Of a stretch of 64,000 nt of DNA, positions 23,244 to 36,800 are shown in pieces. Positions within the stretch are counted from its first letter, which is position 1. Each line of letters opens with the position of its first letter. The stretch covers positions 19,778,001 to 19,842,000 of the forward strand of contig CM120646.1 of assembly GCA_051362555.1 (NCBI GenBank). The letters run 5' to 3'. This stretch comes from Lingula anatina (taxonomy: Eukaryota > Animalia > Brachiopoda). The notes beneath the pieces were generated by a model. It had not been told where the DNA came from. It saw only the letters and a list, made by a program, of their open reading frames with translations, and ran no database searches. Both the position numbers and the translations under genes were made by a program.

Positions 23244-24900
23244 TTAACAATCAAACCAAAGTTCATGAAAACATTGTCCTCTTTGGTGGAGGTAGGGAAA
23301 TGTATGTTTACATATTTATGCAGAACTGCTTGCCTGCTATTACTAAACAGATTCAGCACATCCACACTGCACTATGCCATTGATTGCATTGCCTCAAGCA
23401 GACACCACTTCTGGGTGAAAAGTGAAGAAGTGTAACGTCATTCTGGGGGTTGGGAAAGATTTGCTTAACAGGTCTCCTTTTTATTTGCAGATTGCTGCAC
23501 TTATCTCAGTGGGGGACTATTTTTCAGTACACTCTGTGCTTTGACCCTGCAGGTTGTAGTTCAGTTCATTTTGCCTCATAGCACAGCACATACTGGGGGG
23601 TAGTTGCAAACATATGGAAATTGAAATGTGGGAAAAATTATTGGAACTTCCAAACCCAGGTTTTGTGGGACTTTTCTTTCTTTCTATCTCTTCCTTTTAG
23701 GGAAGTGGGGAGAAAGGGGTTAATATGACTTTTTTACTCTGTTTAGAGGGAGATAATATGGGAGTATCTTAATTCAGGAGAAGCTGAAGTAGGCAACTAA
23801 ATACATTTATTAAACAGATCACAGATCCTTGGTTATAAAAACAATAACATGTTAACATATTGGTGAATGGACAGCATCATAAGGACATACAAAAATACAT
23901 TAAAAACACAATGATAAAAATTCTACTTCTAATCAGTGAAATAAAGCTATAATTGTAATCATGTCTAACTTACATCTGATCACGTGTGAGACCAGGCACA
24001 ATAAATATCAAAATAATTATAATCGTGCAATGCAATTATGTAAAAGAATCAACCATTTTCCCCAATTTAAAACTACAATCTCACTAAACTCAACATTATA
24101 TTTTCAAATCCTCGTTACCTAGTGTTTCTGAAATGAGTAGGGCATGTTGCAATCTATATTATATCTATATCTACTATATCTATTCCTAACTCTTCCTGAA
24201 ATGCATATTACTTCATTTTTAACTAAAACATTCATGCTTAACATTTCTATATCTTGCAAATTAACTTGCTATTCTAAGAAGAGGAAAATTGTGTTACCTC
24301 AAGTACAGAATTTGAGAGATATGATCTTGCTTCAGCACTTTGTTCCGAGACTCATTATCTTTGGACACTAAGGCAAAGTGGACCAAATCACATCACAATC
24401 GCAGGCAATTTCACATCAAAAAAGTCTTTATTTAAAGGTTTGACCATTTTAATGTCTGGATTGTGAAAGATAGGTAGGCGAAGCTTTGCATGATATTTAG
24501 ATCTAAAAATATGAATGGGACTGTTCAAATGTGTTCAGGACACCCTAAAACTACTAGTAATTAACTCAGGACTGAAGTTATAGAAATGCCACTTGCATCT
24601 AACTGCAAATACTGAGCTTACAAAATGGAACATTGTTACAGTAACTCATAAAACTACCAGGAAAGATGCAAGTTTGTGCTAAGTTTTCAACTAAGCTAGT
24701 GCCCACAGACAAAAGGCACCAAAGTCCTTTAACAATTTTTCTACAGCGAAAAAGAAACATTGGAGGTAGCACAAAGATGCTGTCTTCTTTCAGAAAACTT
24801 CAACAATACTTTTATCCTGTAAAATGTTACATTAAAATGTTACATTAAATTTATCTAATTTATCTATCTTATATATTTGCAAACAAAACAAGCTTTCATT

Positions 24901-27463
24901 TTAACTCTCTTTCTTGGTGCCATTAGAATCCATTTTTCCATTACTTGCACCCTTCTTCTCCAGTTTGAGGATGTCGTAGAGGGGTCCTTCATTTGACCAT
25001 GCGCTTGGCACACGGAACGATCCTCCAAGACGATCCCACAGTGTGAAAAACTGCCCATAGTTGTAATTATACAAAACATGATGATCCATATGATGTGCTG
25101 AACCGTTCACAAATGGCTTCATCTTCTCTGGGACACGGAAGTCACCATCGTGAATTGACACTGTCCATATATTTACAAAAACAAATAAAATCAGATACAA
25201 AACTTTATGCAGGGGGAACAGGAATGGGTAGATGTGGTACGGGCAGCTCTGTAGAAAGCCGTCTGCAGGGTGAAAGGCGTGGCTGGCGTAAGGTGTGGGG
25301 ACTTTCCAGCGATGATGATCTTTGTGAATATATTTGTAGACTAGACGGTGGTGAAGGAAGCGATGTATCCAGTAGATGCACATGTCTGTGAAGAGGATGA
25401 ATGTCACAACACTGCCTAGTAAGTAGAACCAACCTGGAGAGAAAATCATAGTTGTTCTCATTTTTATCATATTTCATATTTATTCATAGCACCCTCAACT
25501 TTAGTTCTGATGAATGCCAACTTCTTCAATTTAATTTCAAATCCCACACATGGCCCAAGGAGGAGAGAATGTCTACAAACCAGTCTGAATCCAGTCCATA
25601 AACTTTCCAGCCAAATCAGGAATGAGACTCCCATATAGTAAAAAAAAAAAAAAAAAAAGTAAAATATTTGGGTCCAGGGGCCTGGTTGGCCAATGATATT
25701 TTTGGCTCCCAAAAAGTTGAAAATCTGCGGATAGTTTGAAAAATTTCATCCCTGTTAATGTAAACTGAAACTGAGACGCATGTGGAGGGCAGTTTATAAG
25801 AACCAATTTTTTTTTTCATGCCAGCTTATGGTCTCATTTAGCAGGAGATTTGAAAATGAGAAAGCTGACACACATCAGATATCTGGAGCTCAGGGTAATT
25901 TGTTTGAAAATAATCTGGAACTATTCCAGAAATGAAGGATTCTGGTGATACTTGTTTACTACAAAACAAAGCAGATATGGAAAAATTCTATCTCAAAAAC
26001 ATTCAATAATGCAGACTTAAATTTTGCGAAAGCACTTTTTCTAAAATCTGAAGCCTACAAAATTACTGAAAGACAGAGTCTGAATAATATGACTTTTAAA
26101 AAAATAAGTTTATAAATTTTACTTTTAAACATAGAAATACTTTTAATAGAATTCCCATTTTGGAAAATGGTGGCGTTTTAAGCAAACAAAAAAATATAGA
26201 TTTCAATATCATAACTTCTGTTCTTAGGTTAAAGGAAATAAGGCTTAAATCTACCTAATTTCATGTCTTCCACATTGTCATATAACCTGGAATACCCTTG
26301 TAACTCCAGGAAAAAAATGGCACATGTTGGCAGACTCATGTAAGGGATGGAACCCAGCGCATACTTGATTTCTTTCCACACTTGATTCTGAAGAGAAAAA
26401 CACAACTTAGTTTATAACTCTAACATGCACTCTCAACACTTCTGCTTACTCAAACAATTGAGTAATTTAGCTCAAAAGCTGACTTATTTGAGTAAAATCC
26501 AACTTTTAAGCAACTGTTACAGTGTGCCTATTAAATATTAAACTTGGGACACATTTCTTATGACGACTAAACTGGTACCACATCAAACAAACACATTAAG
26601 CACAATCCAATGTCACATCTAACACAATGTGTTTGAGATCTCTACCCAACCTGATTGCACGTTAGACCCCCATTCCCACAGATATTTAGATCGATCTATC
26701 CCCCTGGGGAGTCTCACTAGATTGATGTCAGCTTAACCGGCTTAAATGTCCGTCCCACCTACTAAAAGCTGTAAGGGGGTAATTAACTTTAGTGCGCACT
26801 CAGCTCCCGGAAGCTGACAGCAATTTAGCGTGAACCCCCAGGGAGTTAGGGCAATCCAGTAGATTGATCTAAATCTGTGGGAACCCAGTCATAGAGATAA
26901 CTTAGTATTTATGTTGCCACTGGGGTATTGATATTGCCACTGAACATATCAATTGATTACTAGTAATCTGTGACTTTTTTCTCAAGTTGTAATTAAAATA
27001 AATAAAAAGATGAAAATTTTGAGAGATTATTTCCAATTCAGCTCTATATTGAAGATTTGCACAGACATGCTCCTGAGTTTCACCCTCCTAATCCACCGAT
27101 TACTAGTAATCACATTTGGAAATAAGGTCTACATGGCTCACTCTACAGGTAGTTAAGGGGATAACCACATTTGTCTTCAAAGCAAATTTAATCTCTTGAA
27201 ACTGCTAAAGTTTTAACTTTAATTAAAACCTCAGCAAATATTCCTCAAGTCCATACCTCCAATATTTGAGGATGTTTCAAAAGCCGGTGGTCATAAATAA
27301 AATAATAGCTCAGAGAGGCTGGGATGATGTAGACGAGGAGTCCTCCAGTGTTGACCACAAGAAGAAGACTTATTATCTGACGCAAGGGGTCATCTCTTGC
27401 CCACCCTGTGGGGTAGACACTGTCCAGTACAAAGTGGTCAGCCACATCAAGGACAAGATCCAT
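24901..27463 (-). CDS. SC5D: sterol C5-desaturase / lathosterol oxidase
   Basis: Exons 27463-27257 ([18 protein letters not shown]), 26387-26255 ([16 protein letters not shown]), 25433-24901 ([45 protein letters not shown]). Three His boxes present. Confidence 0.96.
26673..26883. mobile_element. MITE family C, copy 2 (SC5D intron)
   Basis: Homologous to 20097-20301; same TIRs. Confidence 0.85.
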
Positions 27464-27499
27464 ATTGCTTTATATCTGGAATAAAGAGAAAATAAAATG

Positions 27500-27501
<2 letters not shown>

Positions 27502-27546
<45 letters not shown>
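27502..27546. repeat. (TA)n microsatellite
   Basis: Direct. Confidence 0.95.
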
Positions 27547-27549
<3 letters not shown>

Positions 27550-27919
27550 CACATGCATGCTTTCAACTTTTACCAAACAAAACCACTCAAGAAAATTAGA
27601 AAAAAAAAAAAAAGATACGGCCGCGAAATCATGGGTGAAAAAATGTTTGCGACGAATACCTCGACGATATGTTGTATATTGCCAGACACACTGACCTGCA
27701 ATTGAACTTATAACTCTATAAAAAAAATAATAAATATATAAACATACCTGGTGCTTGTTCACGGTTTTGTCAGTTACCGGATTTTTGCTGGCCTAGTTGA
27801 TTTTGATATTCCTAAGGAGTTCCTTATCGTCTGGCAGCTTTCTTAACTCACACAACAATGAAATTTCTACCTGACACTTTTGACGGACCGACCGCTGTGC
27901 AGCCAGACATCAGCTCATG

Positions 27920-27953
27920 GTGGCGTGATGGACATGACGTCACACCCGGAAGT
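27920..27953. promoter_or_regulatory. SRE-like + CRE + ETS motif cluster in the SC5D/LONP2 bidirectional promoter
   Basis: GTGGCGTGAT 27920-27929 (reverse complement ATCACGCCAC, 9/10 to SRE-1 ATCACCCCAC), TGACGTCA 27935-27942, CCGGAAGT 27946-27953. Confidence 0.62.
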
Positions 27954-28018
27954 AAACAAAGATCTGCGCAGATCCAAACGCGCAGGAGGAAGTCAGACCA
28001 AAGTGCAGAACCCTAAAC

Positions 28019-31000
28019 ATGTCTTCGACCATAACAATCCCTCGGCGGCTGCCGCTGCTTGTTGTTGCCGATAGTGTACTGTTGCCAGGGTCTTCTATGA
28101 GAATTCCTGTGCATTCCTTACGCAAGTAAGGTTATTTAAATATTTCTACTAGTTTTTTACATGGGTAAAATCTGTGTAAAGTTACATATTGTTCCCAAAA
28201 CGAAAGTTGGCAGAACCGATCTTTCTAGATTTGGCATTATGTGGATACGTCACAGTCTCAGGGTTTGGAAGAATAAAGTTAAGGTGCCAGATTTTTTTCA
28301 AGACGAAAATTTTGCCGGCGTACATTCATTTTCAGTTTTAGTATCGTACTTAAAAGAAGCAATGATGTGCTACCATGCATGATCATGTCTAATTTTTCTT
28401 CATATGAGGAGTTACATAAACATGATCCTTTAGACGTGGACGTTAAATTGCAGTAAGGAGGCTGTGCACACAAGTTTTATTACAGGTTGCAAATAAATAT
28501 TTGATGATTTTGTAAATAATATTGCCATCATCATTTCCATGTTACACAACAATTGCCTATAGTAAATATTTATTATTAATTTTTAATACCGTACTTTCTA
28601 TGCCAATTGCAAAGGCTACTAGATGTAAATTAAAAAAAAAGAAAAACTTGTCTTCCTGTCTGAAGGCCCTTAAGTGTTTTTTTTTTTTGTGTGTGTGTGT
28701 ACATTGATAATTTTCTTAAAGTAAAAGCAAATAGCTAGGGTAAGAAATGGGAGTCACAGAAAATTTGTCTTGATTTCTAGTCTGAACATTGTGAAATGTT
28801 TTTTTTTTAATGTTGAATTTTTTCTTGAATGCTTATTGCCTGGGTCATAAAAAGGGATTTAGAGTTAATGTATCTTATATTCCAGTCTGAACATAGTGAA
28901 GAGCCGTCTGCTATCCAGAAACACACTGAGCAGTACCATCATAGGAGTAATGCCCAGAGAACCTGGAGAGAGTGTAAGTGTCTCTGCATCTTCATTTTAT
29001 TTTTGGAGGGCATGTAGAGTTATGTTCATTAAATGTCATATTTAGTAGTTTGTGCCAATGCACTGTTGTCCAGTTGTATTTCAAGTGTACATGTTTGTGT
29101 ACATATATTTGGTTAATGTGCCATATTTAAGTTTAAATCATTGTGTCAGGTACATTGATAAGCACCACAAAGAAATTTTAGTTCTACTACTACTGCTACT
29201 ACTACAATAACTACTACTACAATGATAAGCCAAAGTTTATATTCACAGAAAGATGACTTGGCCACCATACACCCTGTGGGCACTGCAGCAGTAGTGGTTC
29301 AAGTCACGGGAACCAACTGGCCCAAGCCTTCCTATACCCTGCTGGTCACTGGATTGTGCAGGTAGGTCCTCATCCCCAAACCCCCACCCCCACCTGCACC
29401 CCCCCCCCCTCCACCCCCACCTCCACGCCCTTTGATGTGCAATCCACTTAAGTGCTGCTGAAAAGAGCAAAGTAATATTCATTGGTAGCATCCACTTGAG
29501 ATTAATTTGAGTGTGTTGCTTTGAGAGGGTACAGTTAATACTTAGTGTTTTTTAGTCAGCTACATCAAATTTAATTATTATTATAGTATGATTGATATGA
29601 TAAGTTTATTATTGTCAAAAGACATTTACATGTAGTTGAAACCATTGTTAGTTTATGCTATCTCTCTTCTAGGTTTCGTCTGGAAGAGTTGCTACAAGAG
29701 ACACCCTACCCCATAGGCAAGGTGACACAACTGGACAAATTACCAGGAGAGCAGGCAGGTAGGTTCAACAAGAAAAGGAAAAAAAAGGACAGTCTGGGAT
29801 AACTTAAAAAATTAGTTTGATTGTGGTTTTACTAAAAAGGTTAAATAAATGAGAAAGTCTGGTCTCCATGCTGTTGACTCTCCCAACATGTGCAAGTGCA
29901 TATACACAAAGCTCTAGCAAATGCTTTCAGTTACTTGTATTACTTTAGATGAAGATGTGATGAAGAACAGTGAGCTGCAAGTGCTGGCCCAGGACTTCAG
30001 GGATCAAGCAGCCAAACTAGTGACCATGCTGGACATCTCCATACCTATTGTGGCCAAACTTAGAGTAAGGGCCCATTCCCAATGAAACTGTCGTTCTACG
30101 TAAATTGCTCCAACTCTGCAGTTATTCTGAGTAAATTTTGGCTACCAGATGTTGTTACTTAATTGCAGAAACTTTACTCTTTGTGACTCCAAAATTTTAA
30201 CAAAAATAATCAATGTGCATTTAGATCTGCATTTTAGATTGCCGGATCAAGGATTTTACAGAGTTTGAAGACAGTGCTTAATTTGACGAATATTTGACGT
30301 TTTTATTTATTTATTTTTTTTGTAGAGAATGTTGGACAACCTTCCCAGCCATCACCTGCCTGATATATGTGCCTCCATTGTGAAGGCATCCTACTCAGAG
30401 AAGGTCCAAGTACTGGATGCTGTAGACTTGACAGAGAGGTTTAAAAAGACTTTACCTCTACTGATGAGACAGATAGAGGTAAACCTTTTGTCTCTTAGCT
30501 TGCTCCTCTATCCCCTGTTCATAAAATAGTTTCATTGGATCTATGAACAGTTATGATGAAAGATCTTTATGCTAATTAAACCCATAGTTATTTAGAATCC
30601 TGTTGAAAGTTTCAGTTGTAGGTTAGTGTAGGAGAGACATAGAGGAAACCGTCAACAGGATTCTAATTAAGTATGAATTTGCATTAAAATAGGTTCTTGT
30701 TGTCTCCATTGAAGATCATTTTAAAAGAGTTAAAATTTGTTTATTTGTCAAGCTTGGGTGAGACATTGTGGAAATTCCTCTTTTTACAAGACACCACTGA
30801 AGGCATTTGACTTTGTCTTATTTCAGGGTTTGCAGCTCCTTCAAAAGGCCAAGAAAAACAACATGGAGCTTGTCACCCAAAAGTCACCACTAAAATCTTC
30901 AGCACTCAAGAAAGCTTTTAAGCTTGGAGACGGGGACGATGATGATGAAAATGAGGCTGACGATTTGGAAGATTTACAGCAAAAAATTAGGTAAATACAC

Positions 31001-34000
31001 AGACATTTCATGTATGTATGATATTTTTTCAATCAACATTATTAGCATCAATTTTGTTTCCAAATAGCATTTTCAATGTTTCAACACTGTTCTGCTCACT
31101 CAGAAGTGTTCAGAATTTTATTGATTTTTTATATTAAAAATTCAAAATGTTGTAGGCTTTAGATTTGAGGTTTGGTTGAAAAGATACTGGGATAATGTGG
31201 TTCAGATTAGGATTCTACCCTCATTCTCAGATGATTGTTTTTCACTAGGGCTGCTAACATGCCTGACCAGCCACTGAAGGCAGCGATGAAAGAATTGAAG
31301 AGGTTGAAGAAGATGCCACAACAAATGCCTGAACATGCCATGATCAGGTGATTGTCACCACATATTTTCTGTCGCGGTTAATTAAATGTTAAAGCTTGTA
31401 CATTTGAGACATTCTGACAGTTATTTTGACTGGGATAAATTACTAGGCTTTTGTAAGATTCTAATTTCTCATTTTCCCTAGGCAATTTTTAAAGCCTCAA
31501 TATAAAAACTACTTTAGAAATGTGAAATTATTGGATCTCTTTATCCAGAATGAAAATGAGACTTTTTGTAGCTTAAGATAAAATTATCTCATTTAAGAGA
31601 AAACATTTCTGGGAACATTGTATCAAATGGCCTCCTCCATTACAGGAACTATTTAGAGCTGATGGTAGAATTGCCATGGTCTAAATCCAGTGTAGACTCC
31701 TTGGATATTATACAAGCAAGGTAGGGAGAAAAAGACTGTTGTTTTGTCAGATACTTCATGCTTATGTGCAAAAGATAAGTACAAAATTATGTGTATGGAG
31801 TTGGTTTTTCTTGTATAATAATGAAAATAAAGTGAATTGTTCCTAACATTGAGGAGGCAGACATGTGGTCAAGACCCTGTGATGAAGGGTTGAAGCATCA
31901 TGCCTCATAGGTAGGAAACATGTTTAATTAGTCATTTACTCAAATACAACTGGAATACGCCTATAAAAAGGCAATTATAGGTGTCATGATGTCAAATCTG
32001 ACAAGAAATCTGCGAAATCATAAAAATTAAGAAATGATAGTTTTTATAGTGATGGCAATATCTAGATATATTGATTTGTGGTCAAATAATACGTATAAAA
32101 TAGTATTATTGTTACATGTCCATTGGCATGCATAGTTCATTCTATTACAGGAAAGATTTAGATGAGGATCACTATGGGCTAGAGAAACTGAAGAAGAGGA
32201 TACTAGAATACCTGGCTGTTCGGCAGTTAAAAAACACCTTAAAGGGCCCCATCTTGTGCTTTGTTGGCCCCCCGGGGGTGGGGAAGACCAGTGTGGGAAG
32301 ATCTGTGGCTAGAACACTGGGGAGAGAGTTCCACAGGTTAGTGGGTGGCAGTTGAACTATTGATATCATTTTTTCATTGTAATTGTTTTGATAAATTGTG
32401 TATTGCATCTCTCAGTAAACTTTGGTAAGTCAACTAGCTAAGTGTAGTCGACTAGGGATCTTAGATTCTTTGTGAAACAGGGGCCAGGCCTAAAAGATGC
32501 AGGTCTATGAACACTGAGAAATGCAAACTTTTAGAAAAAAATTCCCAAGAGCTAAGAAAACTTGCAGAGGACAAGGCACAGCAAACTCAACTCGGATTGT
32601 GGATGTTTCTGCTACTACTGCTGTAACAACAGAACAGTCTACATCATCATCATCATCATCATATTTTTATGATTATCTTACTGTTATTATTGAACGAAAT
32701 GGATTTTATCCATTTTTTAATTGTGAAAAATCATTATAGTGATATTAATTCCAGGATCGCCCTAGGTGGCGTGTGTGACCAGTCTGATATTCGGGGTCAC
32801 AGGAGGACCTACATAGGCTCTATGCCTGGCAGGGTGGTACAGGGGCTCAAACTGGTGGGAACAAATAACCCAGTCTTCTTGTTGGATGAAATTGATAAAC
32901 TGGTATGGACTGTTTGATACATTTTTAAACATTTTTAAGACTTTAAGAGATTTCACTAGACTGAAAAATAAATAAATAAATAAATAAATGAAATAAATAA
33001 AATGAAATTTTTTAATTACTTAGCATGATCAGACTTGTGAATTTTTTTTTTTTGGAGTTGTTTTAGATTACTTTTCTATTATCTATAAATTTCAATCTAC
33101 TAATCTGCCAAATGTACTGATCGAAAGCAGAACAGTGGCCATTCACAGTTGAGCCATGCTGTATTTGCTTTTTTTTCTAGGGTAAAAGTCTCCATGGGGA
33201 CCCTGCTGCAGCTTTGCTTGAAGTACTGGACCCAGAACAGAATAATACTTTCACAGACCAGTATCCTTTCTATTGCTTTGTCTTTTATAAAGTTTTATCT
33301 TTACATATGAGGATTAAAAAGATTAAAAATCTAAAAGAGATGTGGTACGCTAAGGAAATTGTAACAAAGAAATGAATGACATTGGATTATTGCTGAGAGT
33401 ATATCATTGACAAGTAATACTAAGTTTATGAGATAATAAGATAACTGACATATATACTTCCAATATAAGTAAATTGACATTTTTATCACTTGAATGTTGA
33501 TATTGTGTACTTAATTGCAAAAAGTAAATAAATAAATAATTTTAAAAATAGACAAATAATTACCTTGACCAATTAACAGCTATCTAAATGTTCCATTTGA
33601 CCTGTCTCAGGTGTTGTTTATAGCAACGGCCAATGACACGGCCACAATACCTCCAGCCCTGATGGATAGAATGGAGATGATTTATATCCCAGGTAAACCC
33701 AGTGTTTCTTTATAGACTGGTACCTTTTTAATTGAAATCTCTTTGAGAAAGTTGTAAAGAGTACATCACAATTTATGGTGTGCCCTGGCATTCTTGATAA
33801 AATTTATATTGATATATATCCCAGGTTGGTTCTTTGACTACTTGCACAAAGTTAAAAGAAAAAGCTAGAGGAAGTATGTGGTATTGAGATTTAACAAAGT
33901 TATCAATAACTGTTGTACTACCATAGGTTACACTCAGGAAGAGAAACTACAGATAGCCACTGGTCATCTCATAAAGAAACAGTTATCTGAGCACGGCTTG

Positions 34001-36391
34001 ACCGAGGAACAACTGCAGATTCCAGAGGACACAATTCTGGCCATAAGTAAGTACTGACATATTAGGTTTATTGAGTATCAGGGGCAGTTTATGTTGTAGA
34101 TATTACAGTGGCATATCATAATATCGAGCTGCTGATAAGAATAAATGTGGAAGATACAAAGGGTGTGGATATGAGATATGTGACATACTGTCTGTGATAT
34201 TGAATTTAAGGAGGAATTCCATCTTCTATGTTTCCCCAAATAATGTGTGTTAATGTGTTAAGATGCTTCAAATAAGTTTACACGTGTGTGTGTATGTGCT
34301 CATGCATATATGCACATACTCTTAAAGCAAAATGTCTGGTTCCCAGTTTCCAGGTACACGCGTGAGGCAGGTGTGCGGTCGCTGGAAAGGAAGCTCGCTG
34401 CCGTGTGCAGGGCCATAGCGGTCAGGGTGGCAGAGCACAGCAGTGCCAAGAAAGAACTCAAATCTGTTGCCATACACCCTGAAGCTGAAGGGAAAGTATT
34501 AGACCACAGCACTGTGCCAGGGCAGAGATCCAGTGTGCACCCTGAATCCCGAGGCCAGGTGGTTGATGTTGATGTCCCAGAGACACATAATGTTGGATAT
34601 CTGACCCACCCTCTGGAGATGCCAATTTTCATTGATAAAGCATTACTGGAGGAGATATTAGGGGTAAGGGTTTCTGTGGAAATATGAAAAAAAAAAACCT
34701 GGAGCATTGAAAAGTGGGCAAGAGGTGCAATGTACACTATATGATCTACTGTAAAATATTTGTAAATTATAAAAAAATATTATAAGTATTGGTAAATTAT
34801 ATAAATAGTTGTAAAATTTTGGTAAGATGTATGGTAAGACCTAATCATAGTTTTTTTTAGATGTGTTTAATGAAAAAAATACATTATTGATCTGTATGAA
34901 AATGAAGTTTTTTAAAGTTACATTTTATACCCCCCCCCCCAAAAAAAAAAAAAAATGCAAGAAATATTTTAAGTCTATATCCATATTTGAATATAACAGG
35001 CACCTCCCTTTGAGAGCGAGATGTCCCAGCGGCTGAGTCGCCCAGGGGTGGCAGTGGGGCTGGCGTGGACCCCCATGGGAGGGGAGATAATGTATGTGGA
35101 GGCCACTAGGATGGAGGGAGAGGGCAAACTGGTGCTGACTGGACAACTGGGGGGAGTCATGAAGGAGTCCGCTACCCTGGCGTTGAACTGGGTCAGGTCC
35201 AATGCACATCTGGTAAGGTTTGGTTAATGTATTGGTAAAAAAGGGGAGGGGGGAATTATTTTCCTCCTCCCTGTTTGTGAACTGCATCAGGTCTGCTAAA
35301 GTTTATCAGATTTTTATACCTCAAGTGTGGAGGGAATTGGAAAGTGACAAGCCCAGGAGTTATGATAGTCTTAACCTACAACATATTGTGGTTACAGTGC
35401 ATTTCACATTGATAATAAAACTAAAAAAAGATTCTTTGAGATTCTAGAATTGTTTTTGGTTGTACATGTAAGTCAGCAAATGAATAATAAAGATAAACTA
35501 AAAATACAAAATACACATATAATTTTTATTTCAGCTTGGCATTGAACAGGGCGGCAACCTGTTAGAGAACACAGATATCCACATCCACTTCCCGGCAGGT
35601 GCCGTGGGGAAAGATGGTCCCTCTGCAGGTGTCACCATCTCTTCTGTCCTAGTGTCCTTGTTCTGTGGTCGCTGTGTCAGGTCGGACACCGCCATGACAG
35701 GGGAGGTGACGCTCCGGGGATTAGTGCTTCCAGTGAGTGTCTAGTATCTATAGGGTAATATTTAAATGTTGGGTTTGTAGCCTGATATCTATCCACAGGA
35801 CAATATTGTTTTTCCTGCAAGCACTCCAAATTGTCACAAAGACTTCAGGACAGTAACTGTTGGTTTACCTGAGCAAGGACATTTAACTAAGAGAACCCAC
35901 AGGTGACAAGGTGTCATCACAGTGTTATTAATATGTTTTGTAACCAGAAACGGATGCAAATTGTACAGTCACTGTAAAGTATTTTTATCCTCTTCATTGT
36001 CAATTTACAGGTGGGAGGTATAAAAGAGAAAGTTTTGGCAGCCCACAGAGCGGGAATAACAAGAGTTTTGTTGCCAGAGAGGAACATGAAAGACTTGCAT
36101 GAAATTCCTGCCAACGTCAGGGTGAGTTTTATCATAAAATGTTTGATTAGGAAGTGAATTCTTCATAATGAAAAAGGAGAATGAGGAGGTTACAGATCAT
36201 GATGATAATATAGTCGACAGTTTTTTTTATGTATATAATAAAATGATGAAATTGAAAATCCTTTTTCTGGTCCATTTCAGAGCAAGTTGTCTATAATTTG
36301 GGTAAGCAAGATGGAGCAGGTTCTGAACGCTGCATTTGAGGAACCTTTTCCTGGTCTCAGCTCAGATGACATTGTCCCTAGTAAGCTTTGA
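28019..36391 (+). CDS. LONP2: peroxisomal Lon protease homolog 2
   Basis: 19 exons: 28019-28125, 28886-28973, 29249-29361, 29673-29758, 29949-30064, 30326-30478, 30827-30990, 31249-31347, 31646-31720, 32151-32336 (Walker A GPPGVGKT), 32755-32902 (LLDEIDK), 33181-33260, 33580-33692, 33927-34046, 34347-34663, 35000-35212, 35535-35732 (KDGPSAG, catalytic Ser), 36011-36121 (GGIKEK), 36281-36391 ending SKL* (PTS1). Confidence 0.97.
33261..33579 (+). other. U12-type (minor spliceosome) GT-AG intron in LONP2
   Basis: Donor GTATCCTTTC; branch-like TACCTTGAC at 33561-33569 just upstream of the AG; no polypyrimidine tract; splicing restores [13 protein letters not shown]. Confidence 0.88.
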
Positions 36392-36800
36392 CCTCGGACA
36401 CTACTGGTGTGAAGTGTTTTATTGACATTATAGTTTCTGACACCAGCAAAATGAACATATTATTATTATAAGTGATCTATTTTACAAGGTCATGTGATTA
36501 TATGGTGGATAGCAAGATCAGCTATGAACAGCATATAAATTGATGTAAAAATATGAATTATGTGGTAAAATGTGTTGGTTATACGACAAAGTGAAAAGTA
36601 TATTTCATGTGGCTTATGTTATGTTATGTTATGTTTTGCTTGATTTTATTTGGTATAAAGCTCACAAAAAGTTATTTACAAATTTGTAATATGTTGGTTT
36701 GGCCTGAAGTAAAGAATGATTGTGAATACCAGTAACACTTGGGTTCCTACAGGCTAATAATATTTAAATCATAAGATTTTGGTGGAAGGTCATAGCTTAA

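Noticed and set aside
27880-28074. ORF upstream of and overlapping the LONP2 start
   Set aside because: It is out of frame with LONP2, whose homologous N-terminus begins at 28019, and it runs across promoter motifs.
33808-33830. Short echo of the LONP2 exon 13 end (ATATATCCCAGGT)
   Set aside because: Only about 15 bp, with no acceptor or open exon; chance or a micro-duplication.
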